A stretch of DNA of 64,000 bases from Phyllosticta citribraziliensis (taxonomy: Eukaryota), in contig NW_027117344.1 in NCBI RefSeq assembly GCF_038025025.1, forward strand, positions 620,001-684,000. The letters are read 5' to 3'. This document shows positions 1 to 15,675 of this stretch, one piece after another. Position 1 is the first letter of the stretch. Every line of letters starts with the position of its first letter. A program made the translations under genes and the position numbers. The notes below the pieces were generated by a model. It was given only the letters and a program-made list of their open reading frames with translations, was not told the origin of the DNA and made no database searches.

Positions 1-1173
1 GAAGCATATCTGTCCCGTCGGCCTGGATGGCAAGCAATGCACCTAGCAAATCAAATGCTCCCAGCCTGCGGTGCAAGGTCGCGCAGGCCTGGCAGGACAA
101 GCAATGCAGTCGATAAGCCCGCTCAACGCCATGAGCGCTGAAGAAGCGCGTGGTAGACACAATCAGAATGTACTTGGGCCGGCGCCTGTCTTTTGCCATG
201 TGACGCGGGCGGTATCTAAGGAAGGTAGGTACGTAGTGGTCTCGAAGCCGCCCATGGGCTTGTGATGCACACCCAGCTCTAGCAAACAAGCCAGGTGCGC
301 GCTTGTGGCCGCCCTTATGTCCAGCAGCGAGCGAGTCCTTCGAGGCGTGCGCATAGTCCAGGAGACGACCTAGCCCATTACATGTAGGAGGGGCTCGCTG
401 CCCAACGTTGACGTCGACGACCACAGGACATGGTGGACGACGCTGCTGGGGGCGAGGGACAGGAGAGAAAGCTGCAGACGTCGGGCGGGAGTGCAGCGTC
501 GCAGTGCTGCGGGCCTGAGGATGCTGTGTCCATGATGATGATGTTGTTGTTATTGTTGTTCCTGTCGCCGTCGCTGTCGCTGTCGTTCCTTGCCAGATGG
601 ACAGACAGAGGGCGCCAAGAGTGGTCGGGCCAAACCTCCCCACTGCCTACAGAATACCACACCCCTCTTTCAAAGTTCACGCTGTCCTCGCCCACCAGTG
701 ATCCCGCCTCCCACCCCCAGGCAAAAACGCCCTCCCCTCCCGGCCTGCTCGTCCACACAGACTCGTCGACCGCCAGTCGCCCGTGCGAATCCTCGCTTCC
801 ATTCCACGTCTGCACGCTCGGGCGGACGGGCGCCAATCAGGCATTAAGCTCGCTCCCGAGAGACGGACGCTGAGCCACAGTCCGGCGGAGCTTGGGGTGA
901 CAATTGACATCACCCAACAAACATCACCTCCACGGCCTGACGAGACCCTGACATCGTCTTTGCCCTCCTCGTCGCGACGACTGCCGCTGCCCCAGCCTCC
1001 GCTACACCTTTTCTTGGCACACGGCCACGCGTGGGTGCATCGGCCAAACCGCATGCTTTCCCCTGCGTCATCGCACGAGGCCTGATCTTGTACGCGACTC
1101 TGCCTCAGGGACCGCGCGAATAGCTCGACCGGCCCATTAACCTCTCCATCGACACAGGGACACGACCGCCAAA

Positions 1174-4964
<3,791 letters not shown>

Positions 4965-7819
4965 GCCAAAGAAAAAGGTTGGGGAAATCCACCAGAGACG
5001 AGAAGGAGATGTAGTCCGCAGTACGCATATTACACTTGAATAATTCGCGAGTCAAAACCTTGCTCCCTCCCTTAACTCATAGCCCCATCCACGACAACTT
5101 TCTTCATCGACCAAGCCATCGGCCGGACCATCCTCTCTCCTGCGCTCCTTGTATAATCGAACCTCGCTCCTACTATGGTTCGGCTGTGTGGTCCTGTTAC
5201 CCTTTTGAATTGAGCCTTTTATTCTCTTGACTCCCCGCGTTCGATGCATTGGTCCCTACTTGTCAGATGTGTTGAGAAGCTTTCTGAATGACGTGAAGTA
5301 TTTCGTGCTCCCTACGCACTCGTTTACCTATTCGACTCTCACATACGCTGTGGGCCGCCCTTTTCAACCCCACTCCCACAGATCTTTTCGGACATGACGA
5401 TAGCAACGACGATGACGGCAACATGCGGCCGCATTGATCTTTTCAAAACAAAGCCATCTCGATGTGTACACAGCCGCCACTCCTCCCGAACCAAATCCCC
5501 GTCATTTCCCCAAATCCGCTCAAATATACCCACCAACAGACCTGCCTGCGAAAGACCTTCTCCAGCTCCGGAGCTCACCCGTGCCTCTGCATATCTGACG
5601 TACTTCCTCGCTCGACCAATCAATGCACCAACGCTTCGATACCCTCCCCACAGTTCTCCTTTGCCACACGTCCTCTTCCTCGCTAATTGACTGGCTGGCT
5701 GGCTGACGTTTCAGCTGCTTCGTATCATTCGTATTGATGGACGTCATCCTGTCAGCCAGCCACGCGCGCTTTCGCTTTCCGTGGTTGCGGCGCGAGCGAG
5801 CGAGCGAGGCTGGATGGTAAAAGTCGTGGCATACAGATGAGTTGGAATTTTACGGCGATTGCCTGTGGAGGTGCACGAATGCTCCTCGTGCATGGTTTAT
5901 CTAGTCATCTTCTTCTTCTTTCGTGTGTTTTGTCATCCAAACTTGAAGCGTAAGCAGTGGAGAGTTGGGCATGTGATGAGGTGCACTACTACTGCCTGCT
6001 CGCTCGTCTGATTGGTGGGAAAATTAGGTGTGTCTCGTTCCGTCCCGCCCGCGTGGGCGGTAGTGGCGGCTGCTGTGGTTGATGTAGATTGTAGAGTGTG
6101 TGTAGGAGGAAAATAAAGGGGGGAGATGCGGGTTTGGCTGTTCACCATTTGTTTGCTCTGGGATTCGTATGGCGTTTGATGCTACCTTCTGCTATTGCTG
6201 CTACGGAGAATGGTCTCTGGGATGCTTTGATAATGTACATGTATTTTGGGTACGCGGTTTGGCTGAAGCGGATGTGATAGAAATTCTACCGTTGTTTATG
6301 GTCGCCATTTGAATGATCCAAATCTCACCTCTCAGTGAGGCCTCCATCCCATTCCTTTTCGTAATCCTGATCAACAGCTTCTCCTGTTCCTACTCCACGT
6401 GAGCTTCTTTGTACCAAGTCTATGATATGAGAAGGGTCGGAAGCACTGATGGGACAATCTATGCATGAGAAGCGACAAAAGCTGGAACTGTGCTGCAGCA
6501 GTTGCCGACGTCATAAACGCTCCATGCGCGCCGCGTACCCGACCCTGCTCCATTCCCGTATCCCGTTCCCGAGCTCCACACCCGGCCCTCCGCTTCTCCA
6601 TCCCTTCTCCCCACAACCCGCCGACGAACCCATCATCCGTACACTTTCCAACGCCTCTACCACATGCAACCTCTCCGATACCGCGAGCCACCGAATCCTC
6701 CAGCGCAGCCACACCTACCAATCTTCCCACCAACGGCATAAACGACGTCTCAAGACCCTGGACGACCGGAGCCGATGCCTACCCCGGTCCTACCCCGGCC
6801 GCGCTAAGCACGACCGCCGCACCCCGCACTGCTTTTTGCTCCTCTTCCCCGGGCGGCCTTTGCGCTGATGTGCTGCCCCGCTGCCGACATCCCGACCACC
6901 GATGACGGATGATGGAGAGATATACACACTTATACCCAGATCGCTTTGGCAGCTCGCCGTCGGCCGGGCCGTGAGTGCATGGTCCACTTTTCTTCACCAC
7001 ATTTTGTGGTGCTGTCGTGCCGAGGTTTGTGATACTGCCTTGTTTCTGCTTCGCAATTGCTTCGCAGAATCGGGGGAAACACAGGCGAAGGGACAGACGA
7101 TGAGCATTCGTGTGTACTGTCCACCTGCCCATGTGTACACGCACATCACGGACGATGGCTTGAAGGATCCCAATGGCTTTCGAGTGAAGAACGAGAGAGC
7201 GCGAAGTGAGCAATGTTCCGTCCGTCCAGCCTTTCCAGTCAGTCATCAATAAACAAGCATTCGATCAGAGTAAATCAAACAGACGCTACTGTAACTGTGG
7301 GGAATGCAGACCATGAGCGAGAGCGCTACCAGAAGCGGCATGATGGCCCGGGTATTTGCAGGCGCAATAGAGCCAGACTGGAAGGTTGGCATGGGTTCGA
7401 TGGCGTCGACGGCGGGGGTGCGGTTCGGCTGTCACGTCGCATGCCACCCTGCTCCAGTAGCTTGTGTATTTGCGAAGAGCAAGGCCAGGTGTGACTGGAG
7501 GAGACCTTGTTGCTGATTGGTTGGCTTGCTGCCTTGCTTCTCTGCCAGCCAATGGCTGCGTGCTGGCTTGGGCAGATGGGAAGTGATTGTCGGTCCATCT
7601 GTAGCGACGTGTTGGTGACCTGCACCACGACGCTCGTGTAGTAGTGTGTGGCACCGCTTTTTGGAGTAAGCACTTTAGCCGGCGGAGGATTTTGTGCTGC
7701 GGAGCTTGCTTCAACTTTTTGAATTTAGATCGCGTCCTTGCTTGCTTGCGCGCTCGCTCGTTGCCTGCGCAAAATTCGTTGTTGTTTTTCACTTGCCATT
7801 ATTCCTGCGAGCGTCAGCG

Positions 7820-10078
7820 ATGTATGTCATCACCAATATCTATGTCCTAGCGGCGTTTGGCACCATCGGCGGTGCCCTGTTCGGGTTCGATGTTAGGTCA
7901 GTTAGTCGCAGCGCAGATTTCCCCATCTGGCTCGCTGTCGCGCGCAATATTCCATGAGTCGAGTCTTACCTTTGAGAAGTTCCATGTCGGCCTGGATCGG
8001 CACCGACCAATACCATGACTACTTCAACAATCCGAGTTCTGATCTCCAGGGAGGGGTGAGCAAGTCTCAAGGAGCATTCGAGTGCTTGTCAGGCTGAGAA
8101 ATAATGCCAGATTACGGCCAGCATGAGTGCGGGTAGTTTCGCCGGAGCTCTTGCGGCAGGTTTCTTGTCCGACAAGCTGGGCCGCAAACATGCCATGGAA
8201 ATCGCAGCGTGCATTTGGCTCGTAGGCTCGGCCATCCAATGTAGTTCGCAAAATGTCGCGCAGCTGGTCGCCGGTCGGGTCATAAACGGTTTCACAGGTG
8301 CGTTGTCGCGAACCGTGGGGTGGGCGGTCGACGAAGGCCCCTGGAGAGCATCACTGAATCATCACTGACCACCACCCTCTTCGAACAGTCGGCATCATGT
8401 CTTCGCAGGTCCCCGTCTATCTTGCCGAACTGTCTCCTGGGCGCATCCGCGGTCGCATTGTCGGTATCCAGCAGTGGGCCATCGAGTGGGGCATCCTGAT
8501 CATGTACCTCATCTCCTACGGCTGCTCCAAGATTGCTGGCCCATCGTCCTTTCGTCTCGCCTGGGGTCTTCAGGGCATCCCCGCGCTCGTCTTGCTCGCT
8601 GCTTTGTTCTTATTCCCGGAGAGCCCTCGGTGGCTCGCGTCCCAGGATCGCTGGGAAGAGACCCTCAACGTCCTCGCTATGCTCCACGGCAACGGTGATC
8701 CGCAACACCCCATCGTCCAAGCTGAGTACTTGGAAGGTTTGCGTCTCGTTCCTTTTTGTTTTTCCTCGGCGCTTCTTTGCTTCCGAAAAATGGTGTTCTA
8801 ACTCGTCCTCCACCCCAGTCCGCGAAGCTGTCCGAATCGCATCCGAAGCCGCTGAACTCCCCATCTTTGGACTCTTCGGACCCAAAATGTGGCGTCGTAC
8901 ATTAGCTGGCATGTCAGCGCAGGCAAATCAGCAAATGCTTGGAGGAAATGCAGGTCACATGACTTTCCTGGTGTTGTAATACTCTTGCTAACGCGCTCAG
9001 GTCATGATGTAAGCTTCCGGGACTTCAAAGGCTCTCTCCGGGGAGTCCAGGGAGTCAAACTAACGCAGAGATGCAGGTACTACATCGTTTACGTATTCGA
9101 AATGGCCGGGCTCACGGGAAATGTAAACCTATACTCGTCAGCGATCCAATATGTCATTTTTCTGGTCACTACCGGAATCACGCTGCTATTCATCGAGAAG
9201 GTAGGCCGCCGGCAGCTACTGTTCTACGGTGCCATCGTTATGATGGCTCTTAACTTCGCTGTCGCTGGTATGATGGCGAACTATGGAGAATTCGTACCGG
9301 ATGGCGTCAATGGCTCCTCAACCGTCCGCTGGAGAGTTACTGGCCCTCCTGCAAAGGGCATCATTTTTGCATCGTATTTCTTCGTGGCCATCTATGGCTT
9401 CACTTGGGTGAGTAATTGTTGTTTCATAAGATCCAGAATGGTGTTGAGGGCGTGGTGGTGTTGGAAACTCATGATGTTGAGAAAATTCGACCATCGGAGG
9501 TGCGAGCCTTATCGCGCACGAGCCATCGGATCCCCCACACTACCTACGACCCCTTAAACTCGCAGCATCGTCGCGCTCTGCGAATACAATCCCGCTAACA
9601 GCGAAAATAGGCACCGGTGGCGTGGATTTACTGCTCAGAGGTCTTTCCATTGCGCTGGCGCGCCAAAGGAGTCGGTCTCTCTGCCGCCACCAATTGGATC
9701 TTCAACTTCGCTCTGTAAGTTGGGCAGTCAAATTTGCCCCACCAATGTACTTACCTCTCGCTCCCCAGCGCGTACTTCGTCCCCCCAGCTTTCAGAAATA
9801 TTCAGTGGAAGACTTACATCATATTCGGCGTCTTCTGCCTTTGGTCCACGATCCATTCATACTTCGGATATCCAGAGACGGCCGGCAAGACGCTCGAGGA
9901 GATCGACCTCGTCTTCGAGCCTGGCGTTAAGCCTTGGAAGACGAGCGGCATCAAGAGTAACTTCGCCGAGAGGGTAGCGGCCGTTGAGAACAAGCTGGGA
10001 GATGAGCCAGTCGGTGGCGTCGAGGTCGGCGAGAAGGGGCAAGTGTTCAGGCACGAGGGAGCTGCTGCGTCGGTTTGA
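7820..10078 (+). CDS. MFS sugar porter (high-affinity hexose transporter-like), many introns
   Basis: FGTIGGALFGFD N-terminus, LSDKLGRK, PVYLAELSP..IRG, PESPRWL, QQMLGGN-VMMYY, PETAGKTLEEID motifs of the sugar porter family. Confidence 0.92.
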
Positions 10079-10437
10079 GGGCTGGGGAATGGAGGACCAA
10101 GGCTTCTGGGAACACGGGGCTTGGATTCGGCACCAGACACTGTCTCTTGCTGGAGGAAAATAGCTTGCAATGCCGCGTTCAACAAGGGTCTAAATCACCA
10201 GCTTTTTCGGAGCGCAAGATGCTTATGAGCAAGTGGATGATGCGTTGCGGAGACCAGGATGAGGTGTGCGACGTCAGAGGAGCGGGTGAGCGACAGCCGC
10301 TATACCAGATTGGGTATAGCGGATGTCGCTCCTTGAGCTTCCGCAGACGACAGGCGACACGACTGAACATCAAGGACGACCGGAGATTCAATAATGCATT
10401 GGCAAACGGCTTCATATTTCTCGTGATTGCAGCGTCA

Positions 10438-10614
10438 GGGAGCATTCAGACGATCCAACGCGGCCCACATCGGGAGCATTCGACCCCATTCGCGACACAC
10501 TCATGTCCTACGCCGCCACGCATGTTTTGTACCAAGTCTTGGATGACGAATCCAGTCTGTCAATCAACGTATTTCTAACCATGTCCTCCTCTGATCATGC
10601 AACTGGGAGCATTC
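10438..10614 (+). repeat. Three copies of GGGAGCATTC (10438, 10472, 10605)
   Basis: Exact 10-mers read directly; first two are 34 nt apart; reverse complement of the array at 12623-12732. Confidence 0.8.
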
Positions 10615-10946
10615 CTTCGCTGACACGCAACTACTTCTACGCTGTTTCGCGGTGGCCATCAAACAGTGTGAGAATGGCGGACAAAGTTGCTGGACAGTCT
10701 TCTTGTAGATCATAGTACCCATCTTAGCATCTCACGTTGAGAAGTTCCCGCCTGGCACGACGTGGACGTGTGGGTAAAAGCCAGGCTGATTTGTTCACGC
10801 AGTTTACTCTGCGGTGTTTAAAGTGCTTTTCTCCACTCTTTCCATTCCACTCCTGGTGCTCCTTTTTTCACTTCGTCTCTTTTTCTTTCCGTCTTTACCT
10901 TTACAGTACTTTGCTTCACGGTCAGCTCATGATTTGAGGGACACAA

Positions 10947-12353
10947 CTAACCTTTCTGTATCTTGTTGGACTTAGGCCCTCCCTTGCCCTCGTCACCGTC
11001 CTCTCGCTTCCGTTTGTTCGATTCGGGGGGAGGGGGCGGAGGGGGCATTGAGGATCCGCCTCGTCCACCAAACCCACCCCGTCCACGAGGTCCGCCCCGA
11101 CCGCGACCGTCGCCACGACCACGACCACGACCACGACCACGGAATTCGCCTCCTCCGCGGGTTGCTGCTTGAGGCTGGCTCGGGGGCTGGTGATTCGTCG
11201 TGGCAGTGCTGCTCGCCACGTTTTGCGCCAGCGTTGGGGCGACTGTCGCCGCGAAGGTTGCCACCCAGGATGCTGAGGCTTGGGCGTACTCCGCGGAACC
11301 CAATGGAAAGCCATTTCTTTCAATTGAGCCCATATGATGGCTCAATCCCTCCTTCATAATGGCGTTGTATGCGTCCGCCTGTTGTTGTTGTTGCTGCCGC
11401 TGCCGCTGCCTTTCCTCATTCTGCTGCCGCTGACGCTGCCGCTGCGCTTCCCTGATTGGCGCAATTCTCTTTGATGCCGCCGAGCAGGTCGTCGTGCTGG
11501 CATGAAATAGGTTGCAACGCTCACAACGTGGAGCAGTGCAGAGGCCTCTGTGTAAAACGCCGCATCTTTCGCAAGTAGGCGTGTCTCTGCCGTCAATCTC
11601 CTTTTTCCCAGCCTCTATAAAGGCTGTGCGTTTCTTGAAGGCCCTCCTTTTGAAGCATGGCGGGGCATGCTTCTGCTGACATTGGGCGCAAGCTGGAGCG
11701 CCGGCATTGGTCCACTGCGTCATTGCCTGAGACTCAGCACTCATGAAGGTCTTCCATGCCTCCCGACGCTCTTTGAATGGCACCGTATCATCACCCAGCC
11801 TGATACTTGGTGCAGGCGGGCGACCAACGATCGCTGGCATTGCAGCCACATTGGCGCCGTCTTCTTGCTTTCCGGCATCCTCAGCATGCGCGGACATCTT
11901 GGGCTCAGGAGTGTGATCTCCCGAGTTCTCGGCCACCGCGCCGAGACTGTACGGACTTGGAGCCGAAGCTCCCAGTCCCGAAGTCACGTCCAATGGACCG
12001 TGACTTTCTTTCCTGTGCAGAGACGGAGCTCCGCTTGCTTTCCTTGGAGCCGGAGCTCTGGGCCTTTGGCCAGCCTGATGAGCGGTGGTATCATGCAGGC
12101 CGCCAAAGTTCACGCCCGTACCAAACATCGGCTGCTGCCGATTGTACTCAAGCTGGTACTGCATGTCCTGTCGCGTTTCCGTCAGTGCGCGTCCTCGTGA
12201 ATGCTCCTTGTGCACGACACATACCTCGAAGCCCGTCGGGCCTTGACCGTACGGCGCCGAGCCACGCATGCTCCTGGGCGCGCGCGGGGCCGACGGGGGA
12301 GGCTGGTCACCGGCAGCCTGGCCGCGCTTCTGCTGGTTGTCGTGAGCAGACAT
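10947..12353 (-). CDS. Orphan putative nucleic-acid-binding protein with three CX2CX3HX3-5C knuckles, Q/R-rich tract and RGG box
   Basis: Long open frame from ATG 12353; in-frame GTATGT...CTGAC...CAG intron 12168-12224; motifs [49 protein letters not shown] tract. A GTTAGT donor at the ORF end may extend the gene to about 10818. Confidence 0.65.
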   Translation of the reverse strand: MSAHDNQQKRGQAAGDQPPPSAPRAPRSMRGSAPYGQGPTGFEVCVVHKEHSRGRALTETRQDMQYQLEYNRQQPMFGTGVNFGGLHDTTAHQAGQRPRAPAPRKASGAPSLHRKESHGPLDVTSGLGASAPSPYSLGAVAENSGDHTPEPKMSAHAEDAGKQEDGANVAAMPAIVGRPPAPSIRLGDDTVPFKERREAWKTFMSAESQAMTQWTNAGAPACAQCQQKHAPPCFKRRAFKKRTAFIEAGKKEIDGRDTPTCERCGVLHRGLCTAPRCERCNLFHASTTTCSAASKRIAPIREAQRQRQRQQNEERQRQRQQQQQQADAYNAIMKEGLSHHMGSIERNGFPLGSAEYAQASASWVATFAATVAPTLAQNVASSTATTNHQPPSQPQAATRGGGEFRGRGRGRGRGDGRGRGGPRGRGGFGGRGGSSMPPPPPPPESNKRKREDGDEGKGGPKSNKIQKG

Positions 12354-12622
12354 CTTGAGAGAGGGAGAAAGAGAGAGAGAAAAAGGTTGTGTGTAAGTGT
12401 GTAGGTGGGTTGAAAAACGAAGCTGTAGACGAAGGCGGAACGCGAGTTCGTAGACAGACGATGGGGTGGAGGGTGGAAGAGGGAAGGTCGAGGATGAATT
12501 TTGGAGTCGAAGGTGGGTGTTGTGGGCGCGCTCCTTCCGCTCCGGCTCTGTCGCCCACTGTCTTGGGCGTGACTTCCTCGCCATGACCGCCAGCCCTCCG
12601 TCTTGTGGGTGCTACAGCTAAC

Positions 12623-12732
12623 GAATGCTCCCTGTCCGCTTGACTGCAAGCCCTCGAATGCTCCAGGTCCATTTGGCTACTTGATCGAATGCTCCCTGTG
12701 CTTGTGGCTGCTAACCATGGAATGCTTCCTGT
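12623..12732 (+). repeat. Degenerate ~31-33 bp periodic array with core GAATGCTCCCTGT (12623, 12656, 12687, 12720)
   Basis: Cores GAATGCTCCCTGT, GAATGCTCCAGGT, GAATGCTCCCTGT, GAATGCTTCCTGT, spaced 33/31/33 nt. Confidence 0.8.
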
Positions 12733-12954
12733 CCGCGCTCTTACGTTGATGTCAACACTACCTGTCCACCCGTTCTCTGTCTTGTTTGGCGCCAGTCACT
12801 GGTCCCATTACCGTAGATTGAATCGTGATTGCTACCCTCACATCCACCAGACTACAATCAAGGCCATCAAGCAATCATATTTTGTCTATCATGCAGCTCC
12901 CTCTATGCTATTTTGCGCGTAGCCGCCAAATAAACCGAAAGGCCCCGTAAAACC

Positions 12955-14760
12955 CTACGCAGCAAGCTTTTCATCCTCTACTCTCTTGACAATCAGACTC
13001 CTGATACCGCTCAGACCCTCGCTCTTCTGCACGACGGTGACGCGCTTCTCCTTGTCCTCCAGCCCGACAAACTGCTCGGGCAGCACCGTCTTAAAGTCAA
13101 AGTCGGGCTGGCCGACGAGAGCCAGCTCGACGGCGCTCGAGAACTTGGCGGGATGCGCCGTGGCGAGGGAGATGTGGTGGGTCGACGCGGGGACGCGCTC
13201 GACGGAGCGCAGGGCGGCGGCGATGCCAACGGCCGAGTGCGGGTCGAGGATGTAGTTGCCGTTCTTGGTGAGGGTGCCGGCGGTGCCGTTGTTGGCCGAG
13301 GCCTTGGGGCCGGCCTGGGAGGCGGTGGAGAGGTACACGTCCTTGATGGTCTGGAGCGTCTGCTGGTCGGACACGCGGTCGGACTCAAAGTCGGCGCTGG
13401 CGGCGTCGAGGATGGCCTGCTCGACGCCGAAGCCGTCCTTGGTCTTGAGATCGTTGAGCCAGCCCTGGACCTTTTCGCCGGCAATCTTGCGCTTCTCGGC
13501 GACGGACGAGGCCGACGCGCCGTACACTTGGTACGCGAGGAACCAGAGCAGACGCTCAAAGTTGCTCGAGACGAGAATGTCCATGGCGGGGCTCAGCGTC
13601 TCCTTGACGCCCTCGGCATGTGCCTCGACGCCGTCCTCCTTGAGGCCACCCTCGGCTTCGCGGCCGTGGACGGCCTTCTTCTCGTAGTGGCCAAACTTCC
13701 AGAACCGGTTGAGAATGTCATTCTCGTTGGTCGCAATGACGAGCTTCTCCGCTGGCAGGCCCATGCGCTTTGCAAAGTACCCAGCCAGAATGTCGCCAAA
13801 GTTGCCAGTAGGAACGACAAAGCGAACCTGCGAGCCGGCGGTGTACGAGGGGGAGCGGATGAGGGAGAAGTAGGCGGCAAAGTAGTAGGTGATCTGGGCG
13901 AGGATGCGAGCCCAGTTGATCGAGTTGACGGCGGCGAGGCGGTGGGTCTTGTTGATGGCCTCGTCGGCAAAGAGGGCCTTGACAAAGTCCTGTAGAGTGT
14001 TAGAGGGATGTAGCCGTCGAGAATCAGCCTCCTACCTGGCAGTCGTCAAACGTGCCATCCACCGCGAGGTTGTGGACGTTGGCATCCAGGACCGTCGTCA
14101 TTTGCGCCTCTTGAACGGGGCTGACCTTGCCCCGAGGGTGCATGATGAAGACCGAGACATCCTTCTTGCCCCTGAGACCGTAAATGGCAGCGGAACCAGT
14201 GTCTCCACTGGTGGCGCCAATGACGGTCAAGTGCTCCTTGTCGCTCTCAGCCTTTCCCTTGTTGCGCCTGACCAAAAAGTATTCAAACAGGTTTCCGAGG
14301 AATTGGAGAGCGACGTCCTTGAAGGCAAAGGTGGGGCCATGGAAGAGCTCGAGGAGGTGGACATTGTTCTTCTCGTCCAGCGTCACGGTGGGCGTGCGGT
14401 CCTGGGCGCGAAAGGTCGAGTAGCTCTTGCGGATGAGCTCCTTGAGGTCGGCGGCGGGTATCTCGGAGGGGGAGACGTAGAGGGAAAAGATTTCAAAGGC
14501 GAGCTCCTCGAACGAGTGGTTCTTCCATTTGGACTCCCAGTCGGCAGGCAGGGAAGGAATCTCCTCGGGAATGAAGAGGCCTCCGTCGTTGGCGAGACCC
14601 TTCAAGACGACATCCTCAAAAGACAGCTGGTGCGGACGACTCAGCGCATGGCTTCAGCGCGCGCGGCGAGCGAGGAATTGGCGCCGCGGAAGGAGGGACG
14701 TACATCATAAGATCCTCCTCTTGTGCTGAGGTATCTTTGCGAAGCGGTATGCGAAGACAT
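12955..14760 (-). CDS. THR4: Threonine synthase, 2 introns
   Basis: RYLSTRG start, GLANDGGLFIPE, PLP-lysine motif FHGPTFAFKDVALQ, ATSGDTGSAA, TLSPAMDILVSSNFERL, LATAHPAKF. Confidence 0.96.
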
Positions 14761-15675
14761 TTTGCGACCTATTGCGGTGATGGTGATGACTGTCGACGCC
14801 GGGTCCGGGTGTTTTTCGTACCCCGGCCAGCCTCACGCGTCCCCGACATCGGCCTCGCCCGCCCAGCAAACAGCCGAGTGCGGACCTTGACCTGACATCG
14901 AATCACCACCAACGACCACCACACGTGCATGGGCACATTCATCCTCTTTCAAGATCCCACTGCAACCACATTATCCGCTTTGCACCCGATGGACGATAAT
15001 TGACGGCGGCGACGTCTTCCGCACCCGCTTGAAACACTGCAAATCGGCTGCGTGTACGACGTACTCCGGATCATCTCCCTCTTCTCATTGCTCGAGCATG
15101 ATCATTGGTCACGGCTTGGGGGCGGGTCGGAACGCTTTCAGACGTTTGATCTTGCAGGGATGCCAGCGTGGTGGTGACGTTTCTGGTTTCGGAAACTTGC
15201 ATGCTTGTCCATGTGTACAGGTTGCACCTGGATTCCCTTACACCACTTGTTTGTTCAACGTCGACAAGCTCATCAACTTCCTCTGCAAGTGATGCAATGG
15301 ACAGATGCAGTGGACTGGACAAGGACGCCAACTGTGCAAGACAACTAGGAACAGTCGTTTTGATTCCAAGACTACGAATAGCAATCGGAGCGCCTAGGGA
15401 AGTGAAAGGAAGAAAGAGGATAGGGCATGTTGGAGGAAAAAGAGACGAATAAACCAGACGAACGGCCAACCTCTTCAACCCTGACCGTCAACGCCCGCAT
15501 ACCACTTCCAGCAAGCATCAAAGTGACTCGAGCGATACCCAGACTGGGATCGTCAACTCCCACTCCTTGAAAGTCAAGACGTAAAGTCAAGACGTCCAAA
15601 CCATTACCAACACTGACCCATCAACCCGTCCATCAAACTGATTTACCAGCTTCCTCTTCGCATCTCGTCAAGCCC

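Noticed and set aside
71..1085. ORFs upstream of pkc1
   Set aside because: Driven by microsatellites and pyrimidine-rich leader sequence; no family features
6371..7300. Overlapping 116-156 aa ORFs between pkc1 and the transporter
   Set aside because: No recognisable domain or consistent splice model
12623..12765. Periodic core plus variable spacer looked CRISPR-like
   Set aside because: Eukaryotic DNA, core only about 13 nt and degenerate, no cas genes; kept as a motif array
13153..14710. Long + strand ORFs opposite THR4
   Set aside because: Antisense shadows caused by strong GC3 codon bias
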